This document shows positions 47,028-57,313 of a stretch of 64,000 nucleotides of DNA, piece after piece. Positions within the stretch are counted from its first letter, which is position 1, and each line of letters starts with the position of its first letter. This DNA comes from Gammaproteobacteria bacterium. Its GTDB lineage: Bacteria; Pseudomonadota; Gammaproteobacteria; Arenicellales; JAANXG01. The notes beneath the pieces were generated by a model, which saw only the letters and a list, made by a program, of their open reading frames with translations, was not told where the DNA came from and did no database searches. The translations under genes and the position numbers were made by a program. Location: NCBI GenBank assembly GCA_024639325.1, contig JAHEIO010000002.1:24132-88131 (forward strand), read 5' to 3'.

Positions 47028-48503
47028 CTAGTTGGAAACTGCGGGATTGGTGTCGATTCCACCCATACACAAGTACTTGAGTTCGAGGAACTCGTCGATT
47101 CCGTATTTGGATCCCTCCCGACCAATGCCTGATTCTTTGACACCGCCGAAGGGCGCCACCTCATTGGATATAATTCCCTCATTGATACCGACGATGCCGT
47201 ATTCCAGCGCTTCGGCTACTCGCCATATACGTCCAATGTCCCGGCTGTAGAAATAAGCGGCCAGGCCAAACTCGGTGTCGTTGGAAATGCTTATCGCCTC
47301 GTCTTCCTCGTTGAATCGTATGATTGGAGCAACCGGTCCGAATGTCTCCTCGCGATTGATCAGCATGCTCGGGCTGACGTTGGTCAACACGGTCGGCTTG
47401 AAGAAGCTTCCGCCCAATTCATGGCGTTCGCCGCCGACTGCGATAGCGGCTCCTTCGGAGACCGCGTTGTGAATATGCTGCTCCACTTTCTCTATCGCCG
47501 CCATGTCGATGAGCGGACCTTGCTGAACACCGGGCTCGAGGCCGTTGCCCACCCGCAGTTCGGATGCTGCACCGGCGAGCTTCTCCGAAAACTCATCGTA
47601 GACAGAATCCTGCACCAGGAAACGGTTCGTGCACACGCAGGTCTGACCGGTATTGCGGTATTTGGAAGCAATTGCGCCGTCTACGGCTGCATCGATATCT
47701 GCATCGTCAAAAACCACGAATGGAGCGTTGCCACCGAGTTCGAGCGAAATTTTTTTGACGGTCTGCGCACATTGCGCCATCAACAGTTTCCCTATCTCGG
47801 TCGATCCCGTGAAACTGAGTTTCCGTACATGCGGGCTGGACGTCACCTCGTTGCCGATTTCGGTAGCCGAACCGGTAATAACGTTCACGGTACCCGGCGG
47901 CAGTCCGGCGCGATCTGCGAGTTCAGCCAGAGCCAGGGCCGTAAACGGCGTCTGTTTTGCCGGTTTTACGACCACGGGACAGCCGGCTGCCAGGGCCGGG
48001 CCGCATTTTCTGGTTATCATCGCGGCAGGGAAATTCCAAGGGGTAATCGCGGCCGTGACGCCTATCCCCTGCTTGATTACCAGGATGCGTTTACCCGGAA
48101 GCGGGTGGTCTATGGTGTCACCGTATATGCGCTTGGCTTCTTCAGCGAACCACTCCAGGAAGGAAGCGGCGTAAACCGTCTCACCCCGTGCCTCGGCCAA
48201 GGGCTTACCCTGCTCGGAAGTCATCAGGGTGGCGATGTCATCCTGGTGCTGAATTATCAGATCATGCCATGCACGTAACCGGGCGGCGCGTTCCTTGCCC
48301 GTGAACTGGCGCCATGACCCCCACGCTCGATGAGCGGCATCGATCGCTTCACGGACCTCGTCTATGTTCAAACTGGGAATAGTGCCGATGATGTCGCCTG
48401 ACGCGGGATTGTTGACCTCGATTTCCTTGCCACTGACAGAATTGCGCCACTCACCGTTGATAAAACAACTTTGCTTGAACAAATCCGGATCGTTTAGTTT
48501 CAT
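47028..48503 (-). CDS. gabD: Succinate-semialdehyde dehydrogenase
   Basis: 491 aa, near-collinear with E. coli GabD (MKLND..LF...INGEW, ITPWNFPAAMITRK, LELGGNAPF, FRNTGQTCVC, EETFGP). Confidence 0.93.
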   Translation of the reverse strand: MKLNDPDLFKQSCFINGEWRNSVSGKEIEVNNPASGDIIGTIPSLNIDEVREAIDAAHRAWGSWRQFTGKERAARLRAWHDLIIQHQDDIATLMTSEQGKPLAEARGETVYAASFLEWFAEEAKRIYGDTIDHPLPGKRILVIKQGIGVTAAITPWNFPAAMITRKCGPALAAGCPVVVKPAKQTPFTALALAELADRAGLPPGTVNVITGSATEIGNEVTSSPHVRKLSFTGSTEIGKLLMAQCAQTVKKISLELGGNAPFVVFDDADIDAAVDGAIASKYRNTGQTCVCTNRFLVQDSVYDEFSEKLAGAASELRVGNGLEPGVQQGPLIDMAAIEKVEQHIHNAVSEGAAIAVGGERHELGGSFFKPTVLTNVSPSMLINREETFGPVAPIIRFNEEDEAISISNDTEFGLAAYFYSRDIGRIWRVAEALEYGIVGINEGIISNEVAPFGGVKESGIGREGSKYGIDEFLELKYLCMGGIDTNPAVSN

Positions 48504-48527
48504 GCTGTTACTCTTGTACTCTTGTCG

Positions 48528-51176
48528 TTAATTTAGATTTTGGACACCGAGGGCGTTCAAATTGTCCCGGGCGACTTTGTCGCCTTGCTCTGCGGCAAGT
48601 TTTAGCCATTTTACGGCCTCGATTCTATTCTGAGCTACGCCTTTGCCGTCCGCATACATGGCGCCAAGGTTGGTCTGGGCACCCGCGTAGCCCTGTTCCG
48701 CCGCCGCGCGATACCAGCGCACGGCTTCCTTGTCGTTTTTTGTAACCAGCAGGCCGGTCTGATACAAGGAGCCGAGATCAGCCTGTGCCCAGGCGGCGCC
48801 GGCCACTGCGGCATTCTGGATTTGGGGAAATGCCTTTTTGATCAAGTTTGTTCCCGCGTCCAGGTTCTGGTCCACACCACGGCCCCGGAGATACATCACC
48901 CCGAGTCGAAACTGTGCCCGGGTACTCCCTTGCTCGGCCAGGGGTTTGAGGAGCGTGTATGCTGTTTCGTATCGACCGCTGTAGTAAGCGTCGATCCCCT
49001 TTGCCACCTGTTGTTCGTCGATCTTAACTTTCTGTACCGGGGGTTTTTTCTTTTTGTCAACTCGCGATGTGTCTGCGCGCTGCTGCTGTCGCGCGCTGGC
49101 CAGGGCCGATTGACGCAGTTTCATCTGCTCGCGCAAAAGATTCAGCGTCTCACTTTCCGGGTCGATCGATGCGGCGAGTGTCAAGTTTCTCTCCACTTCA
49201 TCGAAGCGGTCGATCGCCAGCGCTTTGTTGGCCTGGTCGACATAATATCGGTATATGCCGGAGATGCCCGCCAGCGCTTCCTCGTTTTCGGGGTCGATGC
49301 TCAACGCTTCTCTCAAGTAGGGCAGAGCATTCGCTGCGGATGAACGTGTCAGCGCTTTCCCGCCGTACGCGTCTTTTGCCTGAAGCAGCAGGGAACGAAT
49401 ACGGCTGGCGTTCTCGGATTGTCGGATTGTCTCCTGCTCCGCCGGCTGCTGTTCCTCGAGCCGTTGTTGCTCGGCGAGTTTTTCCAGCCTGATCCTTTCC
49501 TGTTCCACCCGCTGCTGTTCTTCGAGTCGCTGTTGTTCGGTGAGTCTTATCTGCCTGCTGCGCTCCTCTGCCGCTGATCTAGTTTGTATCTGCTCATCCA
49601 GTTGCTTGCGCAGTGCCGCCATGCTTTCAATTTCGATATCGGAGTCTTCGAGATCATCGAGAATCGTCATCGCCGTGTCCAGTTCTCCCCTCTCGAGGTT
49701 GTCTTTGGCGCGCGTTATCAGCGCCGTAACGATTTCGTCGATTCCTTGCCGCGCATCGATATTGCCTTCATCCAGTAACAGTACAGCCCGGAAGCTCGCA
49801 AGCGCATTCTCGTTTGCGGGTTTAATCATCTCCCCACGCTCCATCTTCTCCCTTGCGGTATCGAGGAGGGCGCGTATCCCCTTGGTTTTCTGGTCCAGGT
49901 TGCGGTATTGCTCCATACGAAAATCGTCGGCCTTGCGCGTAAACTTCACGGATTCAGGAAGGTCGGGGGGGGCGTCGCCCGGCAAAGGACGTTGCAGTAT
50001 GTCCTGCGGGATTTTTGTACCCTCGATGTTCGACGGCGCCTCGGTGACCTCACGCTCCGGCGGCGAAATGAATGGTTTTATCTGGGGCCAGAAGGTAAAG
50101 ATCCCGACAGCTATCAGAAATCCCAGCGAAATGATCCAAAACAGGGGATTCGATCCGCTTGGGACCCGTTTCGGCGGGACCCGGGTCCTCGGGTCAGCGT
50201 AGAGCCTGGGCGCGTCGAGCTTGATTTCTTTTTGCGCAACTTTCGGCGGTTGGATTTGTTGCTGCTCTTCCGGATCTGCCTCGCCGTGGTTTTCGGTCTC
50301 GGCAAAAGCTGGCATGATTTCATCAACGGATTGCGGGCGATCCTGCGGGGCCGGTCGCATCAGACGGTCGACTGCGTCGAGTATCCGGGAGCCATAGCCA
50401 CTGCGGTAGGTTTCTGCAGCGGATGGCAGCGGGTCTGGATTGCCGCGGGTCAGTTCTGATACCCGCGTGTTTGCAGCCACGGGGACGCGACCGGAAATGC
50501 ACCGGTACATCACCGCCCCCATTGCGTAAAGATCCGTCCACGGGCCCAGTTTGCCCTGGTCATTGTATTGTTCGATCGCGCTGTATCCCGGCGTGACCCG
50601 CGATTCCAGCTCGGCATTCCAGATTGGCAAGGTTCGGTGCGTACTGCCAAACCCAAGTAGCAGGGGCAGCCCGCCGTCGCGAATGAAGATATTTTCGGGA
50701 TTGACATCACGATGGAGCAGTCCGTGGGAATGGACTACCCGCAGCCCCTTCAGCAGTGGAACGAACAGATCACACAGCTCGGTTTGCGCCAGTTCTCCAT
50801 GCTGTTCCAGGTGGGCATTCAGTGTGATCCCGGATTCCAGATCCATCGACAGAAAAGCGGTTCCACCTGCTTCTGCATATTCCCTGACTCGGGTGAGATA
50901 GGGTTCCTGTATTTGTGAGAGGATGCGCGCCTCCTGGAGGAACAATGTGAGGCCTTCCTCGAATCTGCTTTCCTGGCCTGGCAACGGTTGTACGGCGGTG
51001 CTGCCCGGATGGCGTTCCGCAAGCTCCCGGGGAAAATACTCCTGTAACCAGAACTCCTGCTCCGTATCCTCGAGTCGAGCGCGATAGATCACGCTGTGGC
51101 TGTTGGTGTCCACGACCTCGACGATCGCGTACTTGCCTACGCGCGTGTTGGCTTTCAGTGCACGGGGTGGGGCCAT
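48528..51176 (-). CDS. Transmembrane Ser/Thr-kinase-like protein (degenerate catalytic motifs) with coiled-coil and TPR/Sel1-repeat extracytoplasmic region
   Basis: 882 aa with kinase-like LLHRDVNPENIFI, LLLGFGS (in place of DFG) and TPGYSAIEQ. One TM segment (LFWIISLGFLIAVGIFTFW), an EQQRLEEQQ coiled coil, and C-terminal Sel1-like repeats (A.F.LG.MY..G.GV..N...A..W...AA). Confidence 0.75.
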   Translation of the reverse strand: MAPPRALKANTRVGKYAIVEVVDTNSHSVIYRARLEDTEQEFWLQEYFPRELAERHPGSTAVQPLPGQESRFEEGLTLFLQEARILSQIQEPYLTRVREYAEAGGTAFLSMDLESGITLNAHLEQHGELAQTELCDLFVPLLKGLRVVHSHGLLHRDVNPENIFIRDGGLPLLLGFGSTHRTLPIWNAELESRVTPGYSAIEQYNDQGKLGPWTDLYAMGAVMYRCISGRVPVAANTRVSELTRGNPDPLPSAAETYRSGYGSRILDAVDRLMRPAPQDRPQSVDEIMPAFAETENHGEADPEEQQQIQPPKVAQKEIKLDAPRLYADPRTRVPPKRVPSGSNPLFWIISLGFLIAVGIFTFWPQIKPFISPPEREVTEAPSNIEGTKIPQDILQRPLPGDAPPDLPESVKFTRKADDFRMEQYRNLDQKTKGIRALLDTAREKMERGEMIKPANENALASFRAVLLLDEGNIDARQGIDEIVTALITRAKDNLERGELDTAMTILDDLEDSDIEIESMAALRKQLDEQIQTRSAAEERSRQIRLTEQQRLEEQQRVEQERIRLEKLAEQQRLEEQQPAEQETIRQSENASRIRSLLLQAKDAYGGKALTRSSAANALPYLREALSIDPENEEALAGISGIYRYYVDQANKALAIDRFDEVERNLTLAASIDPESETLNLLREQMKLRQSALASARQQQRADTSRVDKKKKPPVQKVKIDEQQVAKGIDAYYSGRYETAYTLLKPLAEQGSTRAQFRLGVMYLRGRGVDQNLDAGTNLIKKAFPQIQNAAVAGAAWAQADLGSLYQTGLLVTKNDKEAVRWYRAAAEQGYAGAQTNLGAMYADGKGVAQNRIEAVKWLKLAAEQGDKVARDNLNALGVQNLN
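49446..49544. repeat. Intragenic 33-nt near-duplicate with 66-nt period (encodes EQQRLEEQQ coiled-coil units)
   Basis: CTGCTGTTCCTCGAGCCGTTGTTGCTCGGCGAG (49446-49478) versus CTGCTGTTCTTCGAGTCGCTGTTGTTCGGTGAG (49512-49544). Confidence 0.7.
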
Positions 51177-51447
51177 CTGGGGAACTGGTTAAGTGTAACT
51201 CTCTATTTTGCAATGGTTTTTGATCTCTGGTCCAGCCAAAGAAGCTGCAAATTCGATGGTTTTTACCGAATACCGACGGTGTTCAGTGTTTTTCGCCCTT
51301 GCCCGCGCATGCCGCCGCAGCGGCCGGGCTAGCACCGGTCCTGAAAAGATAGATAATCGCGACTCCCCAGTCCGGCGTTCATCGGCACCTGCCCTGCGCA
51401 AGCGCTCGGGATCCTGGTGAGAAATGCGGGCTAGAAATTCCTCAAAG

Positions 51448-51467
51448 AGCCGTATTCAGCAACGGCT
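51448..51467 (-). terminator. Candidate rho-independent terminator after the prpE-like gene
   Basis: AGCCGT (51448-51453) pairs with ACGGCT (51462-51467) just downstream (minus strand) of the stop at 51474. The following minus-strand tract CTTTGAGGAATTTCT is only weakly U-rich. Confidence 0.4.
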
Positions 51468-51473
51468 GATTTT

Positions 51474-53372
51474 CTATTCTTTTTTTGCGTAGCCGATTGA
51501 CTTCAATACTTCCGTGATTTCGTCCAGAATGACCGGGTCATCAATAGTGGCGGGCATCTTCCACGGCGCAACGTCCGCGATCTTCTGCATGGTGCCGCGC
51601 AGGATCTTGCCGGAACGCGTCTTCGGCAGGCGTTTGACGACGACCGCCTGTTTGAAGGCCGCGACCGGCCCAATTCGATCGCGCACCATTTTAATCACTT
51701 CTTTGGCTATGTCTTCGTGGCTCCGCTCACATCCGGCGTTGAGAACGATGAAACCAAGCGGAACCTGCCCCTTGAGCTTGTCCGCAACACCGGTCACCGC
51801 GCACTCGGCAACATCGGGATGCGCCGACAGCACTTCTTCCATCGCCCCCGTGGACAACCGGTGTCCCGCCACGTTGATGATGTCGTCGGTTCTGGACATC
51901 ACGAACACGTACCCGTCTTCGTCTATGAAACCCGCGTCCGCGGTTTTGTAATAGCCAGGATAATCGGCCAGGTATGCCTCGTGGTGTCTTTCTTTCGCGT
52001 TCCACAGTGTGGGGAATGTTCCTGGCGGCAACGGCAGTTTGACCACCAGCGCACCGATTTCGCCCGCCTTTATTTCCTGTAAGTCTTCGCCGAGCACCCT
52101 GAGATCCCAGCCGGGTACGGCCTTGGAGGGCGACCCTTCCTTAACCGGCAGGAGTTCGATCCCGGTGCAGTTTGCACAGATGGCCCAGCCGGTCTCCGTT
52201 TGCCACCAGTGGTCGATCACGGGGACCTTGAGTTTTTCCTGCGCCCAAACCAGCGTGGCCGGGTCGCAGCGCTCGCCCGCGAGAAACAGGCTGTCAAGGC
52301 ACGTCAGATCGTAATCCGCAACCAGTTTTCCGTCGGGGTCTTCCTTCTTGATAGCTCGGAACGCGGTTGGCGCCGTAAACAGGCATCTGACTTCGTGCTC
52401 GGAGATGACTCGCCAGAACGCGCCCGCATCCGGTGTTCCCACCGGCTTTCCTTCATAGAGAATGGTGGTGTTGCCGTTGAACAGCGGCGCGTAGACTATG
52501 TACGAGTGACCAACTACCCATCCAACGTCCGAGGCAGCCCAGTAAACGTCCCCGGGGTCGATGTCGTAAATGCTCTTCATCGACCATTTAAGCGCGACCG
52601 CGTGCCCGCCGTTGTCACGCACGATGCCTTTAGGCTGCCCCGTGGTGCCTGAGGTGTACAGAATGTAGAGTGGATCCGTCGCCGCCACGGACACGCAATC
52701 GTGGGCTTCAGCCGATGCCATCAGTTCCTTCATGTCGTAGTCGCGCCCTTCCACCAGCGCAGCGATGGCCTGCTCGCGCTGCAGGATGATGCAAGCGTCG
52801 GGCTTATGAGTGGCGGTATCGATTGCCTCGTCCAGGAGCGGCTTGTATTCCACGATTCTGCCGGGTTCTATACCGCAGGAAGCCGTGACGATCACCTTGG
52901 GCTGTGCGTCGTCAATGCGAACCGCCAGTTCATTGGCGGCAAACCCGCCGAATACAACGGAGTGGACGGCACCCAACCTGGCGCACGCCAACATCGAGAT
53001 TGCGGCCTCGGCGATCATGGGCATGTAGATGATGACCCGCTCACCCTTTACGACGCCTTTTTCGGCCAGCATCCCCGCGAAACGGGCAACCTCGTCCCGC
53101 AGTTCACGGTAGGTGTACGTGCGCTGACTATCCGTGATGGGGCTGTCGTAGATCAGGGCGGCCTGGTCGGCCCTGCCATTTTCCACGTGGACGTCCAGCG
53201 CGTTGTAACAGGTATTGAGTTCGCCGCCCGTAAACCATCGATAATACGGCGCATCGCTGTCATCGAGTACCTTGTCCCATTTCTTATACCAGTGTATGTG
53301 CTCCGCGGCGCTGCCCCAGAACTTTTCCGGATTGTTCAGTGATTCCTGATAGATTTCATCGTACGCGCTCAT
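51474..53372 (-). CDS. prpE: Propionate--CoA ligase / acetyl-CoA synthetase family (PrpE-like)
   Basis: 632 aa. The N-terminus MSAYDEIYQESLNNPEKFWG...RWFTGGELNTCYNALD parallels E. coli PrpE. AMP-binding motif YTSGTTGQPKG. Confidence 0.75.
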   Translation of the reverse strand: MSAYDEIYQESLNNPEKFWGSAAEHIHWYKKWDKVLDDSDAPYYRWFTGGELNTCYNALDVHVENGRADQAALIYDSPITDSQRTYTYRELRDEVARFAGMLAEKGVVKGERVIIYMPMIAEAAISMLACARLGAVHSVVFGGFAANELAVRIDDAQPKVIVTASCGIEPGRIVEYKPLLDEAIDTATHKPDACIILQREQAIAALVEGRDYDMKELMASAEAHDCVSVAATDPLYILYTSGTTGQPKGIVRDNGGHAVALKWSMKSIYDIDPGDVYWAASDVGWVVGHSYIVYAPLFNGNTTILYEGKPVGTPDAGAFWRVISEHEVRCLFTAPTAFRAIKKEDPDGKLVADYDLTCLDSLFLAGERCDPATLVWAQEKLKVPVIDHWWQTETGWAICANCTGIELLPVKEGSPSKAVPGWDLRVLGEDLQEIKAGEIGALVVKLPLPPGTFPTLWNAKERHHEAYLADYPGYYKTADAGFIDEDGYVFVMSRTDDIINVAGHRLSTGAMEEVLSAHPDVAECAVTGVADKLKGQVPLGFIVLNAGCERSHEDIAKEVIKMVRDRIGPVAAFKQAVVVKRLPKTRSGKILRGTMQKIADVAPWKMPATIDDPVILDEITEVLKSIGYAKKE

Positions 53373-53420
53373 AGGTGGTATTCCGATTGTTGTGTGCTAT
53401 GTCAGTTGTGGCCGTAAATG

Positions 53421-53804
53421 TTACAACGAACATGATCCGCAATTTCTTGACTTGAGGCAACATTCTCGTTCACTGGAAACCGCTTCTCCCTCGATCTCGA
53501 CCAGCGGGCCGGGGTGGGCGAGCGCCTTGTTGACGAGATAGGTCGCGGCGAGTATGGCGAATATGTGGTTCCAGCAGCGTCTCATCTGGGCATCGAGTCT
53601 CTCGACAATGCTGCCGTCCGTATCGACACCGATCTGACCGGCGATGATCAGACGCCGCGCATTCGCTGGTACGTCCACACACTGGCCGTAGTTCGACGCC
53701 GGTCGAGTGTTATCCTCTGGTTTTAGCAGCTTCACGACCGTTTTCTCCGGGTCTGGCCCATGGGGCGCCGGGCCGGGTGCCGATCGTTCCCGATTGTGCT
53801 CCAT
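53421..53804 (-). CDS. RidA/YjgF-like protein, apparently shortened (possible gene remnant)
   Basis: LIIAGQIGVDTDGSIV..LDAQMRRCWNHIFAILAA and PGPLVEIEGEAV match the start and end of the RidA fold. The roughly 35-40 aa normally between them seem to be missing. Confidence 0.35.
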   Translation of the reverse strand: MEHNRERSAPGPAPHGPDPEKTVVKLLKPEDNTRPASNYGQCVDVPANARRLIIAGQIGVDTDGSIVERLDAQMRRCWNHIFAILAATYLVNKALAHPGPLVEIEGEAVSSERECCLKSRNCGSCSL

Positions 53805-53997
53805 GGGTGCAACTCGAGTCCGGCGCCCCGAACAGGTTCGTGGGTACGCATTCTCCCGAAATCGAGCCCAATTTGCGCTGAAATTGACCTCGACCGCATA
53901 TTTTTGATGATATGATCGTGGAGAAGTCATGAGGGGATGGATTAGCTGATCTTCTGGGTCACTGCAATCGAAATTACAAAATCGGAGTAATCAAGGT

Positions 53998-55113
53998 ATG
54001 TTAGATATTCACAAACCACTGAGGAATAGTCTTGCCGGTGCGGTCGCACTTGGCCTTGCACTTGCCGCGGGTTCGTCCCTTGCCGCAGGTGAATTGAAGG
54101 TCTACAACTGGGCGGAATACATCGGCGAGGAAACCATCGCTAATTTCGAAAAGGAATTCGACGTCAAGGTCACCTACGACAACTACGACTCGGTGGAGAC
54201 CGCCGATGCGAAACTTTTGGCAGGCGGCTCGGGCTACGATGTAGTGAGCCATTCGGGCAGCGCGATAGGTCGCCTGATCCCCGCCGGCATCCTGATGGAA
54301 CTCGACAAATCGAAGCTGCCCAATCTTAAGCACATGCGCGACGATGTGATGGGACAGCTGTCCAAGAACTGGGATCCGGGCAACAAGTACATCATTCCGT
54401 TCATGTGGGGCACCCACGGCGTGACCTATAACGCAGAACTGGTCAAGAGCGTGGCGCCGGACGTGCCGATCGGGTCGATGGACATGATCTTCGACCCGGT
54501 GCACATGGAAAAGCTGGCCAAGTGCGGGGTGGCGTTCCTTGATTCACCCACCGACGTCATCCCCATGGCGCTGGCTTATATGGGCCTCGACCCGTCTTCC
54601 AACGACAAGGAAGACTACAAGAAGGTCGAGGAGATGCTCCTCAAGATCAGGCCTTACATCAAGACGTTCGACAACTATGCGTATCAGAAGATGCCTGAAA
54701 AGGAGTTCTGCGTGGCGGTAACCTGGGGTCCGGACGGCCTGCTGGCGGTTTCCGGCGCCGAGGAAGCGGGTGCCAACGTGACGTTGGACTTCTTCTCGCC
54801 CCCCGGGCCGGGTAAGGCCAACATCTGGGTCGACGGCTGGATCGTCCCCAGTGACGCCCAGAATGTCGAGAATGCCTACCTTTTCCTGAACTACATGATG
54901 CGCCCCGAAGTCGGTGCCGCGGACAGCAACTTCACCTGGTACGCGACCGCCAACAAGGATGCCATTCCTCTGATCGACGAGGCGGTTACCAGCAGTCAGG
55001 CGGCCTTCCCGCCGGCGGAAATGGTGCAGGACATGTACCCGTTAGCCGTGATTCCACCCAAAGTCGAGCGTGTGCGCACGCGGACCTGGACCAACTTCAA
55101 GTCGGGTGGCTAG
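53998..55113 (+). CDS. potF: Putrescine/polyamine ABC transporter periplasmic binding protein
   Basis: 371 aa with a signal peptide. LKVYNWAEYIGEETIANFEKEFDVKVTYD... and the C-terminal RVRTRTWTNFKSG are collinear with E. coli PotF. Confidence 0.9.
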   Translation: MLDIHKPLRNSLAGAVALGLALAAGSSLAAGELKVYNWAEYIGEETIANFEKEFDVKVTYDNYDSVETADAKLLAGGSGYDVVSHSGSAIGRLIPAGILMELDKSKLPNLKHMRDDVMGQLSKNWDPGNKYIIPFMWGTHGVTYNAELVKSVAPDVPIGSMDMIFDPVHMEKLAKCGVAFLDSPTDVIPMALAYMGLDPSSNDKEDYKKVEEMLLKIRPYIKTFDNYAYQKMPEKEFCVAVTWGPDGLLAVSGAEEAGANVTLDFFSPPGPGKANIWVDGWIVPSDAQNVENAYLFLNYMMRPEVGAADSNFTWYATANKDAIPLIDEAVTSSQAAFPPAEMVQDMYPLAVIPPKVERVRTRTWTNFKSGG

Positions 55114-55191
55114 ATTCGATCTGGCGGCGCTGCCATTTCCGGCGGCGCCGCACGCCCCGGAATTCATACAGTTGTAGCGGGATCCGTCCCG

Positions 55192-56337
55192 GTGTCTGAA
55201 CAAACGCAGTTCGACGACCGTCCATGGTTGGACCCTGAAGCCGAACCCTTTATCCAGGTGAGCGGTGTCACAAAACGGTTTGGTACATTTACCGCCGTCG
55301 ACAACGTTGATCTGCAGATCTATCAGGGAGAATTATTCTGCATGCTCGGTGGATCGGGCTGCGGCAAAACGACGCTGCTGCGCATGCTGGCCGGATTCGA
55401 TAATCCAACCTCCGGCAGCATCTATATCGATGGTGCCGACATGACCGATGTTCCGCCCTACGAGCGACCGGTCAATATGATGTTCCAGTCCTACGCGTTG
55501 TTCCCGCACATGACCGTCGAACAAAATGTCGCCTACGGACTGAAGCGGGACGGCGTCGACAAGCAGGAAATCCTCCAGCGCGTCGAGGAAATGCTGAAGA
55601 TGGTGGAGTTGTCGCAGTTTGCGAAGCGCAAACCGCACCAGCTGTCGGGAGGGCAACGCCAACGGGTCGCTCTGGCGCGCGCGTTGGTAAAAAGACCCAA
55701 GGCCTTGCTGCTCGACGAACCGCTCGGCGCGCTGGACAAGCGTCTGCGTGCGCAGACGCAGTACGAATTGATGAATATTCAGGATCAGCTGGGCGTTACC
55801 TTCGTCGTGGTGACGCATGACCAGGAGGAGGCAATGATCCTGTCGACGCGGATCGCCGTAATGGATGCGGGGAAGTTTGCGCAGATCGGCACGCCAACCG
55901 AGATTTATGAGTCTCCGGAGACCCGATTCGTTGCAAATTTCATCGGTTCGGCGAACATGTTCGAAGGTCGCATCACCGAAGACAGCGCCGATCACGTCGT
56001 GGTCCGGTCCTCCGACCCTGCATGCGAGTTCTATATCGACCACGGCGTGTCCATTAAGGAAGGCAGCAAGGTGTGGGTCGCGGTAAGACCCGAAAAAATT
56101 CGAGTATCCGTGTCGGCACCGGAAAATGCGGCGGCAAATCAACTGAGCGGAACCGTTCGGGACGTGGGTTATCTAGGCAACACCTCGACCTATCGCGTGC
56201 AGGTTGCAGATGGACAGATCGTTGAGGTGACCCATCCTAATCAGAGCCGCCCCCGTGGCGGCAAGCATGCGGTCGATTGGGACGACGTGGTTCATCTGAG
56301 CTGGGAGCCATCCAGTGCGGTGGTGCTGACGGAATGA
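55192..56337 (+). CDS. potG: Polyamine ABC transporter ATP-binding protein
   Basis: 381 aa with Walker A GGSGCGKTT, signature LSGGQRQRVALARAL, Walker B LLLDEP and a C-terminal TOBE-like domain. GTG start. Confidence 0.9.
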   Translation: MSEQTQFDDRPWLDPEAEPFIQVSGVTKRFGTFTAVDNVDLQIYQGELFCMLGGSGCGKTTLLRMLAGFDNPTSGSIYIDGADMTDVPPYERPVNMMFQSYALFPHMTVEQNVAYGLKRDGVDKQEILQRVEEMLKMVELSQFAKRKPHQLSGGQRQRVALARALVKRPKALLLDEPLGALDKRLRAQTQYELMNIQDQLGVTFVVVTHDQEEAMILSTRIAVMDAGKFAQIGTPTEIYESPETRFVANFIGSANMFEGRITEDSADHVVVRSSDPACEFYIDHGVSIKEGSKVWVAVRPEKIRVSVSAPENAAANQLSGTVRDVGYLGNTSTYRVQVADGQIVEVTHPNQSRPRGGKHAVDWDDVVHLSWEPSSAVVLTE

Positions 56338-57311
56338 CCGGACCGGTCTCCGGCTCATCAAATGGTGCGATGGAGACCCGTGATATGAGCTCGATTCTGT
56401 CCGCCTATGCGGCGCAGCTTCAGCACCGGGCGCAGTCCGGCTGGCGCAGTATCGTCGTTTTCGTTCCCTATATCTGGCTGTTTGTTTTCTTCCTGGCTCC
56501 CTTTCTCATTGTTCTGAAGATCAGTCTGGCGGAGTCGCTCATCGCCAGCCCGCCGTTTTCACCGTTGTTCGAATGGACGGAGGAGGGTGTGCTGACCTTG
56601 CAGCTGGTCTTCGACAATTACAGCTACCTTTGGGAAGACGACCTGTACGTCAAGACCTACCTGAATTCGATCAAGATATCGACCATTTCCACCATGCTGT
56701 GCCTGATTCTCGGCTATCCCATCGCCTATGCGATTGTTCGGTCTTCACCGACGACGAAGAACATCCTGTTGATGATGATCATATTACCGTTCTGGACGTC
56801 GTTCCTACTGCGCGTCTACGCGTGGATGGGGCTGCTGGCTGATCAGGGCACGATCAACAGTTTTCTGGTGTGGCTCGGCGTCATCGATGCACCCATCCGG
56901 ATGATGTATTCGGAGTTCGCGGTATACGTCGGGATCGTATACACCTACGTGCCGTTCATGATCCTTCCGCTGTATGCCAACATGGAGAAGCTCGACATCA
57001 CCTTGCACGAGGCCGCCGCGGATCTGGGGGCCAGACCTGTTACCACGTTTCTCACCATCACCCTGCCCTTGACATCGCCCGGCATCCTCGCCGGCTCGCT
57101 GCTGGTGTTCATCCCGGCAACCGGCGAATTCGTCATACCCGACCTGCTTGGCGGCGGCAATGTGCTGATGATCGGCCGCGTTCTCTACAACGAGTTCAAT
57201 TCCAATCACGACTGGCCCGTGGCGGCGGCGGTGGCGATCGTTCTGCTCTTCGTGCTGGTGATCCCGATGATGATTTATCAGCACGTACAGTCGAGGGAAT
57301 CTGAGGGCTGA
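56334..57311 (+). CDS. potH: Polyamine ABC transporter permease
   Basis: ATG 56334 forms an ATGA overlap with the potG stop. Six TM segments and the EAA-loop HEAAADLGARP. Confidence 0.85.
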   Translation: MTGPVSGSSNGAMETRDMSSILSAYAAQLQHRAQSGWRSIVVFVPYIWLFVFFLAPFLIVLKISLAESLIASPPFSPLFEWTEEGVLTLQLVFDNYSYLWEDDLYVKTYLNSIKISTISTMLCLILGYPIAYAIVRSSPTTKNILLMMIILPFWTSFLLRVYAWMGLLADQGTINSFLVWLGVIDAPIRMMYSEFAVYVGIVYTYVPFMILPLYANMEKLDITLHEAAADLGARPVTTFLTITLPLTSPGILAGSLLVFIPATGEFVIPDLLGGGNVLMIGRVLYNEFNSNHDWPVAAAVAIVLLFVLVIPMMIYQHVQSRESEG

Positions 57312-57313
57312 TC

